Shown here piece after piece: positions 8,328 through 18,567 of a stretch of DNA of 64,000 nucleotides (positions are counted from its first letter, which is position 1; every line of letters starts with the position of its first letter). Source of the stretch: Parasphingorhabdus sp. (GTDB lineage: Bacteria > Pseudomonadota > Alphaproteobacteria > Sphingomonadales > Sphingomonadaceae); the NCBI RefSeq assembly GCF_048269865.1, contig NZ_JBLWUA010000009.1, positions 44,683-108,682 on the forward strand, in the 5' to 3' direction. The notes below the pieces were generated by a model. That model made no database searches. It worked only from the letters and a program-made list of their open reading frames with translations, and was not told where the DNA came from. A program made the translations under genes and the position numbers.

Positions 8328-11300
8328 CTAATAATCCTTGCTGACGCGCACGTTGGCGCTTTGGCGGCCGAGGGTTGAGATGCTCGAGAGGATCGAAAGC
8401 CAGCGGGTGATCTGATATTCGAGCTGGGTCGCGCTATAGCCCTTGCCGTCGGTGATCAGCTCCACATAAGCGCGGCGAGTGATATATTTGCCTGCCGCGA
8501 TCGACGTTCCAGAGCCGGTTTCGGTGTCGGAGGGAAGGATGCGCAAGCGGTCGAGACCAACGGCCTTGCGCAGCTGGTTTATCGGATCCAGCCCGCCGCC
8601 GCTATTGAGCGAGGCCACCGCTGCCGCCAGCTGCACCGCTTCGGGTGCGGACAGATCGGCGATCGATGCGCCGAACAATATCCGCGAGAGCAGTTCGTCC
8701 TGCGGCAGCGCCGGGATGCTGGCAAAGGCGATTTCCGGTTCATTGCCCGTGCCGGTGACCTTGATCGTGGCATTGAGGCCAGTGAGGTTGGCCTCTGCCT
8801 CGATATCCAGATTGGGATCGACTGGCTGGTTGCCGACAAAGCGGATTGTGCCGCGTTCCAGGCGGAAGCGTCGTCCGGCGAAGGTGTAATTGCCCTGGAT
8901 CAGATTGGCCGCGCCGACCATCGCAAAATTGTCGACCGGCCCATAGATTTTGAGATCGGCGCTCCATTCGCTGTCCAGTCCCAGCCCCTCGACCCGCAAC
9001 CGGTTCGGGACTCTCGCGGACAAGTCAAAGCGCCAAGGCCGATCGCGAATCCGCACCGGCCGTTCGTCGGCACGACGATTGATCTCGCGCGTCCGGATAT
9101 CGGGGAGATTGGCAGACGCACTGGCCCGGCCAAAACGGAAGAAACTCCGGTTCAGGGTCACTTCACCGGAAATCAGGCCGCCGTCCGTCCCACTGCGAAT
9201 CTTGATCGGGCCGGTCACGGTGGCGGAAAAATCATCGCGTGCAATCAGGGCAGCGCGCTCGGCATTCACGTCCATCGTGATACCGATACCTTCGCCTCTA
9301 GCGACCGCAAAGTTGAAACTGCCGGCACCGCTCACCGTGCCGCCGCCAGCGGTAACGCCAGTCAGATTGGGTAAAACGAGACGCGAGCCGTCAAACCGGC
9401 CAACCGCCTTGATATTGGAAACGACGGTGCCCGTCAGAGGGCTTTCGAGGCGCGCGTTACTGGTCCTGACTTGCCCCCTGATCTTAGGATCGGCGAGACT
9501 GCCCCCGACATCAGCACTGGCCGCGACCGGTCCTGTCAGGTCAAAGGTTTCGACACCGGTAAGCCGCCAGAGGCTTTCCGCACCGCCGTTGAATCGCGCC
9601 TGGGCAAATAGCGGCTTGCGCAACAGCTCATCCTGCCAGCGGCCGCTACCGAGCCCCGTCACCCGCCCCTGAAAACGACCGAGAGTTTTGCCGTCCGGAG
9701 ATCTTATTATGCCTCGCGCTGCTGCATTGCTTTGGGATATGGAAATGTTGAGGCCGAGATCCACCGGGGCAGAGGTCAGGATCAGACCGGACCGAGTTAA
9801 TCCCTTGACTGTAAGTCTGGCATCTCCGACCGGCACTCGGGCGCCCGACTGGGTTAAGGTGACCCTGCCCTCGACGGTCCCACCGAGCCCGAGGGCGGGA
9901 TAGCCGATATCGAGCAGCGACAGCGGCATCTTTGTCATGGTCAGCTTAAGGCGGGATTCCCCGCTTCCCCAGCGACCGGACAGTCGGGCGGAACCGCTGC
10001 CGTAACTGATCGTGGCCGGAGAGGCCGTCCACCCGTCATCGACACGGCGAAGTTCGAGCGGGCGCACCAGCCGCAAATTACGGCCTTCAAACTGGCCGGC
10101 ACCCGTGATCCGGTAGCGATCGGGCGTGATATCCGCTTTTGCCAGAAACTCGAAGGTGCTGCCGCGGGTTCCGGCGATGTTGAAGGTTGCTGCGCCGCTG
10201 CCATCGGTCAGCTTGGCGTTGGCGGCAATCCGCCCGACGATCAGTTCGCCTCGGCTGATGCCCTGCGCGCGAAGGGTCGCATCGACGTTGGAGCGGCCAT
10301 CGATCAGCACGATATCCGCATCGAGTACGGCGCTACGGATGAAGACCGGCGGATTGCCATCAAAGCGCGCATTTTCGGCCTTGAGATCGGCGCGGATCAA
10401 CTGCTGCCCGTTGCCCGGCCGGAACAATATATCGCCATTAACGCCGCCGCCGCTGACCGTCAGCGTGCCGTCGAGGCCGGCTGCGGTGGGTTTGATCCTG
10501 CCGGTCGCCAGCGTGTCGGACACCAATATCCGGTCAACCTGAACCGCCGTATCCTGACCAGCGGTAATCAGCACGGTCCCGTCGCTGCTGAATGGTCCCA
10601 GCGTCGAACCACCGGACGCCGTATAGGCAAATCCGTCGGGTACCGGCACAAGCTTCAGACTGACGGCCGACAGGCCCGCAGCAGGTAGCGGACTGTCGAG
10701 CAGGAGCGCGATATCCGGCCGCGCCAGTGGTCCGTCGAGCTGCAGATCAAAGTCACCGTAGCTGTCCTGTGTGCCCGAACCCTGAATAGTAAAGGTCGCG
10801 GCTGCGGTCTGGCGTCCCGATCCGCGAAAGGCAATTTTCGGAGCGGTGACGGTGAGATTGGAAAAGCGCAAACGACCGTCCGGGCCGAGCGAAAGTCCAG
10901 TTTTCAGTTGCGGCAGGCCGCCGGCCAGTTCCCGCAGAAAGCCGATATCAAAGCGGCGAAGCCTAGCATTGACCTGCCCGTCGAGCGCAATTCGGCCAGG
11001 GCCGGGTCCGAGATTGATGTCGGCCACGATATCGGCCACGCCGACGCCGCGCACGGCGAAGCCCGGCGCGACAGCCGCAATATCAATGGCAAAATCCCCG
11101 GTCGACGGCTGCATTTCGAGATCCAGTGCTCCCTTCGCCGTGTTCGTCGCGACCCGAGCATTCTGGGCAAACAGCCGGTCGTTTTCGAGCCGGAGCACGG
11201 CGGATCCGGTAAAGCCGGAAAGCAATTGCTGCAACAATTCGCCATTTCCGATCAGGGTACTGACCGAAAGGTCGACCGGGATGTTCCAGCCTTTGGCGTC

Positions 11301-12497
11301 ACGCTGTCCCTCGCCTGCCCCGCGCACATTGGTGAGCAGGGTCTTGCCCAACGCCAATTGGGGCGCGGTCAGCAGATATTGGAAACGCAGGGCGGAAAAT
11401 TTTCCGTTCAGCAGCGCCTTCAGCTCAAAATCCTGCGCTTTCATATTGGCAGATAACGCCGAGGGATTGATCAGCCTGGACTCGATCCGCATGGCGTCCA
11501 GACTGTTCCGGGCAAGGTCAACGCCGCCGTTTGCGGTCAAGGACACGGCAGCCGAACGCGCTTCCAGATCCAGACTCACCAGACGGCTCTCCAGACTGGC
11601 CGTTCCCTTAAGCGTCAGATTGGGCGATGCCAGTTTGGCAGCAAGGCCGCGCGGCATCAGCGATCCGTCGAGCCTGCCCTCATAAGCGAACAGTCCTTCC
11701 TTCGCCTCCAGAACAATCTCGGCCAATGGCGTGCCATCGCTGAGCGCCTGGAGTTCGCCGTCCCATTGCCGCCAACTGCCATCGCCCTTGAGCGCGACCG
11801 TGAGATCTTGCTTGCGCCCGAACGCATTGGCGAGGACGCCGTCCGAGGGCGCGATGATCTCGGCATCGATATCAAGCTTTTGGCGCTCCGGTTCCGCGTT
11901 CAGAGCCAGAAACAGCTTATCGCCGCTGGCCGTCGTTGCCGCATCGAGATGGACCATGGCGCGCCCGGCCCTGATGTCAGCAGAACCCGAGAGATTGGCG
12001 AATTGTTCCGTGCCGGCGAGTGCTTTTCCGAGGACCAGATTGTCGGCCCGGAAGGCCCCGACATAGATATCAAAGCCAGGCAGCAACGGCTTATCCTCGC
12101 CGCTGTCGGTCAGGGCCGGCAGCCGGTCGAGCCGTCCCTTCTTTATCTCTGCGTCAGAAATATTGAGTTCGTTGAATATCCAGGCCAACGGATTCCAGTC
12201 GACGACGACGGTCTCGGCGCTGAAGAAACGGCCCTTCGGGTCGCTGAGCGTCAGCCCCTGGACTTCTGTATGGCCGTAGATTGATCCATCGATGGCCGCG
12301 ATACCGATCCGCAATCCGTCATCCGGGGCCAGCGATTCCACCTGTCTGATGATGAAGCGATGGCCGGATGCGCTGTCCAACCAGATCGCGGTACCGACCA
12401 GCAGGCCGATCACAAGCGCAGCCAAGGCTATCAGGCTGCGCACCGGCCAACGCCATGTCATCAGCTTGAAGCGCGGTTTGGCGGCATTCTCGGTCAT
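8328..12497 (-). CDS. tamB: Translocation and assembly module protein TamB
   Basis: 1389 aa with an N-terminal TM anchor, long beta-rich repeats and a DUF490-like C-terminus (...GKYITRRAYVELI...VRVSKDY). The gene directly abuts the tamA stop codon. Confidence 0.85.
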   Translation of the reverse strand: MTENAAKPRFKLMTWRWPVRSLIALAALVIGLLVGTAIWLDSASGHRFIIRQVESLAPDDGLRIGIAAIDGSIYGHTEVQGLTLSDPKGRFFSAETVVVDWNPLAWIFNELNISDAEIKKGRLDRLPALTDSGEDKPLLPGFDIYVGAFRADNLVLGKALAGTEQFANLSGSADIRAGRAMVHLDAATTASGDKLFLALNAEPERQKLDIDAEIIAPSDGVLANAFGRKQDLTVALKGDGSWRQWDGELQALSDGTPLAEIVLEAKEGLFAYEGRLDGSLMPRGLAAKLASPNLTLKGTASLESRLVSLDLEARSAAVSLTANGGVDLARNSLDAMRIESRLINPSALSANMKAQDFELKALLNGKFSALRFQYLLTAPQLALGKTLLTNVRGAGEGQRDAKGWNIPVDLSVSTLIGNGELLQQLLSGFTGSAVLRLENDRLFAQNARVATNTAKGALDLEMQPSTGDFAIDIAAVAPGFAVRGVGVADIVADINLGPGPGRIALDGQVNARLRRFDIGFLRELAGGLPQLKTGLSLGPDGRLRFSNLTVTAPKIAFRGSGRQTAAATFTIQGSGTQDSYGDFDLQLDGPLARPDIALLLDSPLPAAGLSAVSLKLVPVPDGFAYTASGGSTLGPFSSDGTVLITAGQDTAVQVDRILVSDTLATGRIKPTAAGLDGTLTVSGGGVNGDILFRPGNGQQLIRADLKAENARFDGNPPVFIRSAVLDADIVLIDGRSNVDATLRAQGISRGELIVGRIAANAKLTDGSGAATFNIAGTRGSTFEFLAKADITPDRYRITGAGQFEGRNLRLVRPLELRRVDDGWTASPATISYGSGSARLSGRWGSGESRLKLTMTKMPLSLLDIGYPALGLGGTVEGRVTLTQSGARVPVGDARLTVKGLTRSGLILTSAPVDLGLNISISQSNAAARGIIRSPDGKTLGRFQGRVTGLGSGRWQDELLRKPLFAQARFNGGAESLWRLTGVETFDLTGPVAASADVGGSLADPKIRGQVRTSNARLESPLTGTVVSNIKAVGRFDGSRLVLPNLTGVTAGGGTVSGAGSFNFAVARGEGIGITMDVNAERAALIARDDFSATVTGPIKIRSGTDGGLISGEVTLNRSFFRFGRASASANLPDIRTREINRRADERPVRIRDRPWRFDLSARVPNRLRVEGLGLDSEWSADLKIYGPVDNFAMVGAANLIQGNYTFAGRRFRLERGTIRFVGNQPVDPNLDIEAEANLTGLNATIKVTGTGNEPEIAFASIPALPQDELLSRILFGASIADLSAPEAVQLAAAVASLNSGGGLDPINQLRKAVGLDRLRILPSDTETGSGTSIAAGKYITRRAYVELITDGKGYSATQLEYQITRWLSILSSISTLGRQSANVRVSKDY

Positions 12498-14594
12498 CTA
12501 GAAAGCCTGCCCGAGAGACACATAGACGGCGATGCGAGAATCGCCCGGCTGCGGATTGATCGGGGTTCCGACATCGATCCGGATGGGCCCGAAATCGCTG
12601 TAATAGCGGACGCCGAGACCGGCCCCATAGCGCAAACCCGACATGTCCGGAGCGCTGCTGGTATAGACATTGCCAGCGTCGATGAACGGCACCACACCAA
12701 AATTGCCACCAAAGAAGCCGGTCTTTACCCGCGCTTCCAGTGAGAATTCGACCAGCGACCGCCCGCCTCCCGGGTCATTGTTGGAATCGCGCGGGCCGAT
12801 GCTCTGATAGCCATAGCCGCGCACCGATCCGCCTCCGCCGGAATAGAGCCGGCGAGACGGCGCGATCCGGTTGTTACCGGCCCCGACGATTGTCCCCACC
12901 CGCGCCCGGCCGGCCAGCACGATCTTGTCCGAAACCGGGAAATAGGCGCTGCCGTCAAACTGGCTGCGAACATAGAAAAAACTGCCATTTTGCAAAGATG
13001 CCTCTGGCGCAACGCGAGCCGTCAGGCGGAAACCTTGTGTTGGGTCGAGCAAATCATCGCTGGCATCAAATGTCACCAGCCCCGGCAGCGAGCCGATGAA
13101 AAATGTGTCGCGGCCCGTTGCTCCGGCAGGGCCGGTCACATCCGTTTCCCGCGATGCCAGCAGCTCGATGCCGGCCGACCAGCTCCACCGTTTCTGGTAG
13201 ATCAGGTTGCTCTGCCGTTCGATATTGGCAGCGACAGAGAATGTCTGCGCCTTGAATGCGGGACGATCGACGACGCTCAATGCCACCCGGCCATTCAGGA
13301 TATTGTCGCGGCGGCGGTAATTGTTGCGGCGATAGGCAATGCTGCCGGATTGTTCCTGCGTCGCGAGAACCGCGGTGGCCCGGATCAGGCCCTCCGGCGG
13401 GAAGAAATTCCGATGCTCCCAGCTCACCTCTGCCCGGGCGCCTTCGCCTGTACCATAGCCCAGTTCGCCCGCTATGGTGCGCAGCGGCGCCGGTGTCACG
13501 TCGACAGCGATATCCACCGCATCCGGATCGTCGCCAGCAACCGGTTCGACCGAGATCGTCGACACCAGACCAGTGGAGATCAACGCCCTGCGCAAATCTT
13601 CCAGATCCGAAGCCTGATAGAGGTCTCCCGGTTTGAAGCGGGCGATCATCTGGACATGATCGGGACCAAAGAGATCGGTCTGCTCCATCACGATCGAACC
13701 AAAATTGAAACGCCCACCCGGCGTTACCGGTACCGTGAGGTCACCGAGCCGGTCCGCATGATCGATTTCGAGCTCCGGCTCGGCGGTTTTGGCAAAGGGA
13801 TAGCCGCTCTCCGCCATCGCCACATCAAGCCGGCTAATCGCACTCATGATCGCGTCGCTGTTGACGACTGCGCCCGCCTGCAATCCGAAAGTCTCCCGAA
13901 ATTTTACGGGATCCGGCGGCACGGCAGTCTCCAGACCGGGCAAAGCGATATCATCGAGCTTGTACTGCGGGCCGGCCTGAACGTTGAACACCACATCCAC
14001 CCGCTCCGCCCCGTCGGCCTGGAACCTGGTCTGCACGACCGCATCATAATAGCCCTCGATCCGCAGCAAGCGTTCCACCAATTCGGTGTCGCTTTGCGCC
14101 CGCCGCTGGATCTGGGCGAAATTGGCATCGTCGCCGCGATATTCCTCAAGCACCGAAAGGATCTCGAAACGATCGCCAAAGGATTCTTTCAGTGTGTCGG
14201 GTAAGCCAGCAAAGCTGATCCGGTACGCTGTTTCGGCCATCGCATCGGTCGGGCGATATTCGTTGAGCGAAAGATCCTCCGCGATCCGGTCGGCGGCGGC
14301 CTGAAGCTGCTCATTTTCCCGCTCTTCTTCAGCAGTAAGGACAGGCGCACCCTCGTCGTCATCGCTCGTGTCGAGCGTCGGGACTGATACGTCATCGAGG
14401 TCGGGCCATTCTACGCCGAAGTCAGGGAATTCGGTCAGCGGCTGGTCCGGGTCGAGCGGCGTATCCTGGTCCCACTGCTCCTCTTCGTTCGCGACGGGCT
14501 GCTCCGCGGTCTGCGCCTGGACGGGCCGAAGGGGCGATCCCATCAGCGAAATAACCAGCATGCCAAGGCAGCAACGATATGCGGTTCGACCCAT
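12498..14594 (-). CDS. tamA: Outer-membrane Omp85-family protein TamA
   Basis: Signal peptide MGRTAYRCCLGMLVISLMGSPLRPVQAQ starts at an internal ATG. POTRA-like region plus a beta-barrel ending ...VYVSLGQAF. It is paired with tamB. Confidence 0.8.
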   Translation of the reverse strand: MGRTAYRCCLGMLVISLMGSPLRPVQAQTAEQPVANEEEQWDQDTPLDPDQPLTEFPDFGVEWPDLDDVSVPTLDTSDDDEGAPVLTAEEERENEQLQAAADRIAEDLSLNEYRPTDAMAETAYRISFAGLPDTLKESFGDRFEILSVLEEYRGDDANFAQIQRRAQSDTELVERLLRIEGYYDAVVQTRFQADGAERVDVVFNVQAGPQYKLDDIALPGLETAVPPDPVKFRETFGLQAGAVVNSDAIMSAISRLDVAMAESGYPFAKTAEPELEIDHADRLGDLTVPVTPGGRFNFGSIVMEQTDLFGPDHVQMIARFKPGDLYQASDLEDLRRALISTGLVSTISVEPVAGDDPDAVDIAVDVTPAPLRTIAGELGYGTGEGARAEVSWEHRNFFPPEGLIRATAVLATQEQSGSIAYRRNNYRRRDNILNGRVALSVVDRPAFKAQTFSVAANIERQSNLIYQKRWSWSAGIELLASRETDVTGPAGATGRDTFFIGSLPGLVTFDASDDLLDPTQGFRLTARVAPEASLQNGSFFYVRSQFDGSAYFPVSDKIVLAGRARVGTIVGAGNNRIAPSRRLYSGGGGSVRGYGYQSIGPRDSNNDPGGGRSLVEFSLEARVKTGFFGGNFGVVPFIDAGNVYTSSAPDMSGLRYGAGLGVRYYSDFGPIRIDVGTPINPQPGDSRIAVYVSLGQAF

Positions 14595-14717
14595 TGCCGA
14601 CCCTCTTAGCGGGGGATGATTCGCGATGCCAACGATTAAGAGCGCTGGCGCGGCTGGCCAGTCTTTTTCTGCGATATTCCGGGCTGCCGGAGCGTTCACC
14701 ACCTGCCCCTCCAGTGG

Positions 14718-15887
14718 TCACTGGCCGTCGCGCTCCCACAGCACTTCGCTTACCCCGATCAGCCGGGCCAGTCGCGCCAGCTCCGCTGCCAACCTGCTCT
14801 GCCGTGCCGCCGTCCAGCGCACTCCCGGTTCGGACCAGAATTGCGTCACGCGCAACCAGCCGGCAGACCGGTCCGCCTTGATTTCGATCCGGCCGACGAA
14901 ACGGTCGCGCTCCAGGATCGGATAGACATAATAGCCCCACTGGCGCTGCGCCGCCGGGACGAACATCTCGTTGCGGTAGGTGAAGCCGAACAGGGTCAGC
15001 AAACGGTTGCGATCCCGCACCACCGGGTCAAACGGATTGATGATCCGCAATCGCGCTGTTGGCGTCGCAAGAGCTGCGAGGCGCGCCTCGATATCTGGCG
15101 GAGCCAGTGCATCGCGCCATTGGCCGTCATGCGCCTGCAGTTTTACTGGCACCAGATCGTGCGCGCCTCGCGCCCAGCTTCTGACTTCCTTTGCATCGAC
15201 GGCGCCCCAGAAACGCTGAATTTCGCCAAGCGTGCCAAAAGCCAGCCGGTCGAGCGCGTTGCGGCACAGCCATTCGATCTGGGCCGCATCGTCGTGGACC
15301 GTCTCGCGATAGCGGGACGGGATCACCCGCTCTGCGAGATCGTAATATTTGGCGAAATTTGCGCGGTGCGAGGTCGCCAGTTCGCCGGCGTACCAGAGCT
15401 GGTCGAGCACGCGTTTGTGGGGCGGACGGTCCCACATCTGCTTTTTACCCTCGACCCTCGTGTCGAAATCATGGGTCGACAACGGCCCTTCCCGGGCAAT
15501 CCGGGCTTTGATCTGCTCGCCATTAATTGCGCGCACCGCCTTGCGAAACGAGGCATAGTTCGCGACCTTTTCGCCGAGACGCCGGAACTGGCGCTGCCAC
15601 ATCGGGTAAAATTCCATCGGCAGGACCGAGGCATCATGAGTAAAATGTTCAAACACCGCGCGATCCTGCCCCAGCAATTCGTCGATCATCGCTTCGCGGT
15701 AATTCTGGTTGCGGCTCCATAATATATGGTGATGGGCGCGGGTGACATTCTGGATGGTGTCGAGCTGGACAAAGCCGAGGCGGCGGATGGTCTCAATCAG
15801 GTTCAGGGGTCCGGTCGGTGTATCCGCTAGCGCCTGCGCGTTCAGCCAGAGCCAGCGCGCCTGCCGGTTGGGGATGCGCAGCGCCAC
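14718..15887 (-). CDS. Winged-helix DNA glycosylase-like protein (YcaQ/AlkZ family)
   Basis: N-terminal ...LGFVQLDTIQNVTRAHHHILWSRN... and the overall length match the YcaQ family as I recall it. GTG start 3 nt after the upstream DMT gene. Confidence 0.65.
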   Translation of the reverse strand: MALRIPNRQARWLWLNAQALADTPTGPLNLIETIRRLGFVQLDTIQNVTRAHHHILWSRNQNYREAMIDELLGQDRAVFEHFTHDASVLPMEFYPMWQRQFRRLGEKVANYASFRKAVRAINGEQIKARIAREGPLSTHDFDTRVEGKKQMWDRPPHKRVLDQLWYAGELATSHRANFAKYYDLAERVIPSRYRETVHDDAAQIEWLCRNALDRLAFGTLGEIQRFWGAVDAKEVRSWARGAHDLVPVKLQAHDGQWRDALAPPDIEARLAALATPTARLRIINPFDPVVRDRNRLLTLFGFTYRNEMFVPAAQRQWGYYVYPILERDRFVGRIEIKADRSAGWLRVTQFWSEPGVRWTAARQSRLAAELARLARLIGVSEVLWERDGQ

Positions 15888-15890
15888 CGC

Positions 15891-16826
15891 TCAGACCGCA
15901 GTGGTTTCGATATGGGCGAGCTTGCGATCGCGGCGAGTGGCCAGATAGCAGCCAGCCACGATCAGCAACGCGCCTGCCACGGTGGTCCACGTGATCGGTT
16001 CCCGGAAGAACAGCCAACCGAAGATCGCCGCCCAGACAAAGGCGCTATATTCCAGATTGATCAGATATTTCGCCTCGGCCCGCCTATAGCCCCAGGCGAT
16101 GAACAGGGCGGAGATTACCGACAGGACAGCACCGGCGCCGATATAGGGGAGTGAGGCGTGATCGGGCAGAACAGCGAAAAATGGTGCCAGCAGCAGGAAG
16201 CAGGCTCCCATTACGAGATTTTGCACGAAGCTGATTTCGATTGCTCCGGCCAGCAGCGCCTGCTGTCGCTGTATTACCAGATTGGCCGCATAGAGCACGG
16301 CAGAGGCCAGGATCGAAGCAATGCCGAGCAGAGCGTGCTGATCATATTCGCCGGATGCCCGGCCCCAGGCGATCACCAGAACGCCGCTGAAACCCAGCGC
16401 AGATGCATAGACCACCTTGCGGTGGATGGTCTCGCCAAGGAAAACTGCTGCAAGGTAGAGCGCAATGATCGGCGCGATAAACGACAGCGCTATCGCTTCA
16501 GCCAGCGGCACCCGCGCCAGACCCCAGAAAAACAGATATGACATCAGCACCATAATCAGGCCGCGCCGAACATGCACTTTGCGCGCCGCCGGTCCGGGCA
16601 TTTTCGGGCGGCCTGCAAAATAGAGGACCGAGACCAGTACCAGAGCAGCCAACACCCGCCAGAGCAGCGCGTTATAGGCGCCGAGATCGATCGACAGCCG
16701 CTTCATAACCACATCCATCATGGCGAAGGAAAGCAGGCCGACCAGCACCGAGCCCGTGGGCAGCAGGGGCGGCGCGTCCTCGGTTTGGCGGTCGGCAGAG
16801 ATCAAATCGGACATATGTTGTTCCAT
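15891..16826 (-). CDS. DMT-superfamily (EamA-like) transporter
   Basis: About 10 predicted TM helices in two EamA-like halves, 311 aa. Confidence 0.7.
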   Translation of the reverse strand: MEQHMSDLISADRQTEDAPPLLPTGSVLVGLLSFAMMDVVMKRLSIDLGAYNALLWRVLAALVLVSVLYFAGRPKMPGPAARKVHVRRGLIMVLMSYLFFWGLARVPLAEAIALSFIAPIIALYLAAVFLGETIHRKVVYASALGFSGVLVIAWGRASGEYDQHALLGIASILASAVLYAANLVIQRQQALLAGAIEISFVQNLVMGACFLLLAPFFAVLPDHASLPYIGAGAVLSVISALFIAWGYRRAEAKYLINLEYSAFVWAAIFGWLFFREPITWTTVAGALLIVAGCYLATRRDRKLAHIETTAV

Positions 16827-16869
16827 CAGCCCACAGTGTCGAAACCGGTTGCCTGCCGGTTGCCGCTAC

Positions 16870-16898
16870 GTGCTTCGACAGGCTCAGCACGAACGGGG
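16870..16898 (+). repeat. Single hairpin repeat module: GTGC-TTCGACAGGCTCA-GCAC followed by GAACGGGG
   Basis: It carries the same 13-nt loop core as the modules at 32997-33055 and 34617-34676. It sits in the intergenic region between the DMT and acyl-CoA dehydrogenase genes. Confidence 0.7.
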
Positions 16899-16945
16899 TT
16901 CAGACGCTCTGCTTATCCGCCCGGAAGCGGAAATGGCAAGCGGGA

Positions 16946-18088
16946 TCAGAGGCCCATTTGTCGGACCGCGAGGTCGCGCATGATCTCCTCAGAGCCGCCG
17001 CCAATCGCCATCACCTTGACCTCGCGATAGAAGCGCTCGACCGGGTTGCCGCGCAGATAGCCGGCGCCGCCGAGTATCTGCATCGCTTCGCTGGCGCAAT
17101 ATTCGAGATCCTTGGTGGCGCTGAATTTGGCTTTGCAGATTTGCGCGACCGGCATTTCGCCCTGATCGGCGAGCCAGCAAATCTGGTTCAGCCAGCCGTC
17201 GAGCCGGTCAACACGGGCCGACATCTCGGCGATTTTGTGGCGGATCACCTGATGCTTGATAAGCGGCTTGCCGAAAGTCTGGCGCTGCTGGGCGTAATCA
17301 ATCGCATATTCGAGCAGCACCCGCATCATGCCCAAACTCTGTGCGACCATGCCGAGCCGTTCGTGGTTGAAATTGTGCATGATCTGGATGAAGCCCCGGC
17401 CTTCTTCGCCAAGCATGTTCTCGGCCGGGACGCGCACCTCATCGAAATAGAGCGAGGCCTGGTCCGAGGCCCACCAGCCCATTTTCTTGTCCAGCGCGGT
17501 GCGGGAGAAACCCTCGGTATCTTTCTCGACCAGAAATAGCGAGATTCCCTCCAGGCCTTCGCCGCCTGTACGCGCACCGATGACATAATAGTCGGCGGTC
17601 ATGCCGCCGGTGATGAAGGTCTTGGCACCGTTGATCACCCAGTGATTGCCATCCTGGCGCGCGGTGGTCTGCATATTTGCGACATCCGAGCCGCCGCCCG
17701 GCTCGGTAATGCCAAGGCTGGAACCCTTGTTGCCGAGCACGATATCCTTGAGGATGCGGTCCTTGATGTCCTGTGACGCCAGCTTGTGGATCGGGCCGAT
17801 CGAGATCGAGCGACCGCCGAGCGCCGCCAGCGTGCCTCCGTTATGAGCGCGGGCCGCTTCCTCGGCCCAGGCAGCGCGCATGAAGATATCGTCCATGCCG
17901 AGGCCACCATATTTCTCGTCGACGCCAAAGCCCCAGACGCCGAGTGCGCCGACCTTCTGGTGCAGCTCCCAAGGGATTTCGCCCGCCTCGTCCCATTCGT
18001 TGGCGTGCGGCTGCAATTCGGTTTCAATGAAGCGGCGGCAGGTTTCACGAAACTGGCGGCGTTCTTCCGTCTCAAAGGGGCGTAGCAT
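16946..18088 (-). CDS. Acyl-CoA dehydrogenase
   Basis: 380 aa with typical ACAD blocks (...GITEPGGGSD..., ...ILGGAGYLRGNPVERFYREVKVMAIGGGSEEI...). Confidence 0.9.
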   Translation of the reverse strand: MLRPFETEERRQFRETCRRFIETELQPHANEWDEAGEIPWELHQKVGALGVWGFGVDEKYGGLGMDDIFMRAAWAEEAARAHNGGTLAALGGRSISIGPIHKLASQDIKDRILKDIVLGNKGSSLGITEPGGGSDVANMQTTARQDGNHWVINGAKTFITGGMTADYYVIGARTGGEGLEGISLFLVEKDTEGFSRTALDKKMGWWASDQASLYFDEVRVPAENMLGEEGRGFIQIMHNFNHERLGMVAQSLGMMRVLLEYAIDYAQQRQTFGKPLIKHQVIRHKIAEMSARVDRLDGWLNQICWLADQGEMPVAQICKAKFSATKDLEYCASEAMQILGGAGYLRGNPVERFYREVKVMAIGGGSEEIMRDLAVRQMGL

Positions 18089-18117
18089 CTCTCTCTCCCA
18101 AGAATTTAATCGACTGA

Positions 18118-18567
18118 TTAAACCTCTATCGCCTCCAGCGCCGAACGCAAGGGGGCGGGGAGAGAAACCGGACGACGCGTTTCGCGATCGACATAGACAT
18201 GGGTAAAGCTGCCGGCAGCGGAAGCAACCTCTTCGTCACCGCGAAACAGGCCGACGCCGTAGGTTACGCTGCTGTTGCCGAGCCGGTCGACGCGGATGCG
18301 GGCCATCACCTCGTCGGGAAAGGCGATCGGGGCGAAATAGTCGCAGCTGGTGTTGACGACCAGGCCGATGGTGGCACCGCCAGTGATATCGAGCGCGCCC
18401 TGCTCGACCAAATAGCGGTTTACCGCGGTGTCGAACCAGAAATAATAGATGGCGTTGTTCACATGACCATAGGGATCATTGTCGTTCCAGCGGGTGGTGA
18501 TCGCAGAACCTGTGCGGTAATCGGCGCGGACCGGTGGCTCTGCTCTCGGTTTTTTACCAGGCGGCAT
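18118..18567 (-). CDS. 4HBT/hotdog-fold acyl-CoA thioesterase
   Basis: TTRWNDNDPYGHVNNAIYYFWFD motif. The gene overlaps the upstream alcohol dehydrogenase by 14 nt. Confidence 0.75.
   Translation of the reverse strand: MPPGKKPRAEPPVRADYRTGSAITTRWNDNDPYGHVNNAIYYFWFDTAVNRYLVEQGALDITGGATIGLVVNTSCDYFAPIAFPDEVMARIRVDRLGNSSVTYGVGLFRGDEEVASAAGSFTHVYVDRETRRPVSLPAPLRSALEAIEV

Noticed and set aside
12498-14594. An acidic, low-complexity segment of about 90 aa near the TamA N-terminus (EEQWDQDTPLDPDQ...DDDEGAPVLTAEEERENEQ).
   Set aside because: It looks like a disordered linker before the POTRA domains, and such linkers vary between lineages. Nothing in the sequence points to a separate function.
14595-14702. 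N-terminal extensions proposed by the ORF track for tamA (to 14702), htpX (to 29029 in the track numbering, i.e. 49029), the alcohol dehydrogenase (to 19750), the TBDR (to 22428), lspA (from 36215) and the DUF3035 gene (from 36726).
   Set aside because: Internal starts give proper signal peptides or lipoboxes, conserved N-termini, or an RBS. They also avoid collision with neighbouring genes or terminators.
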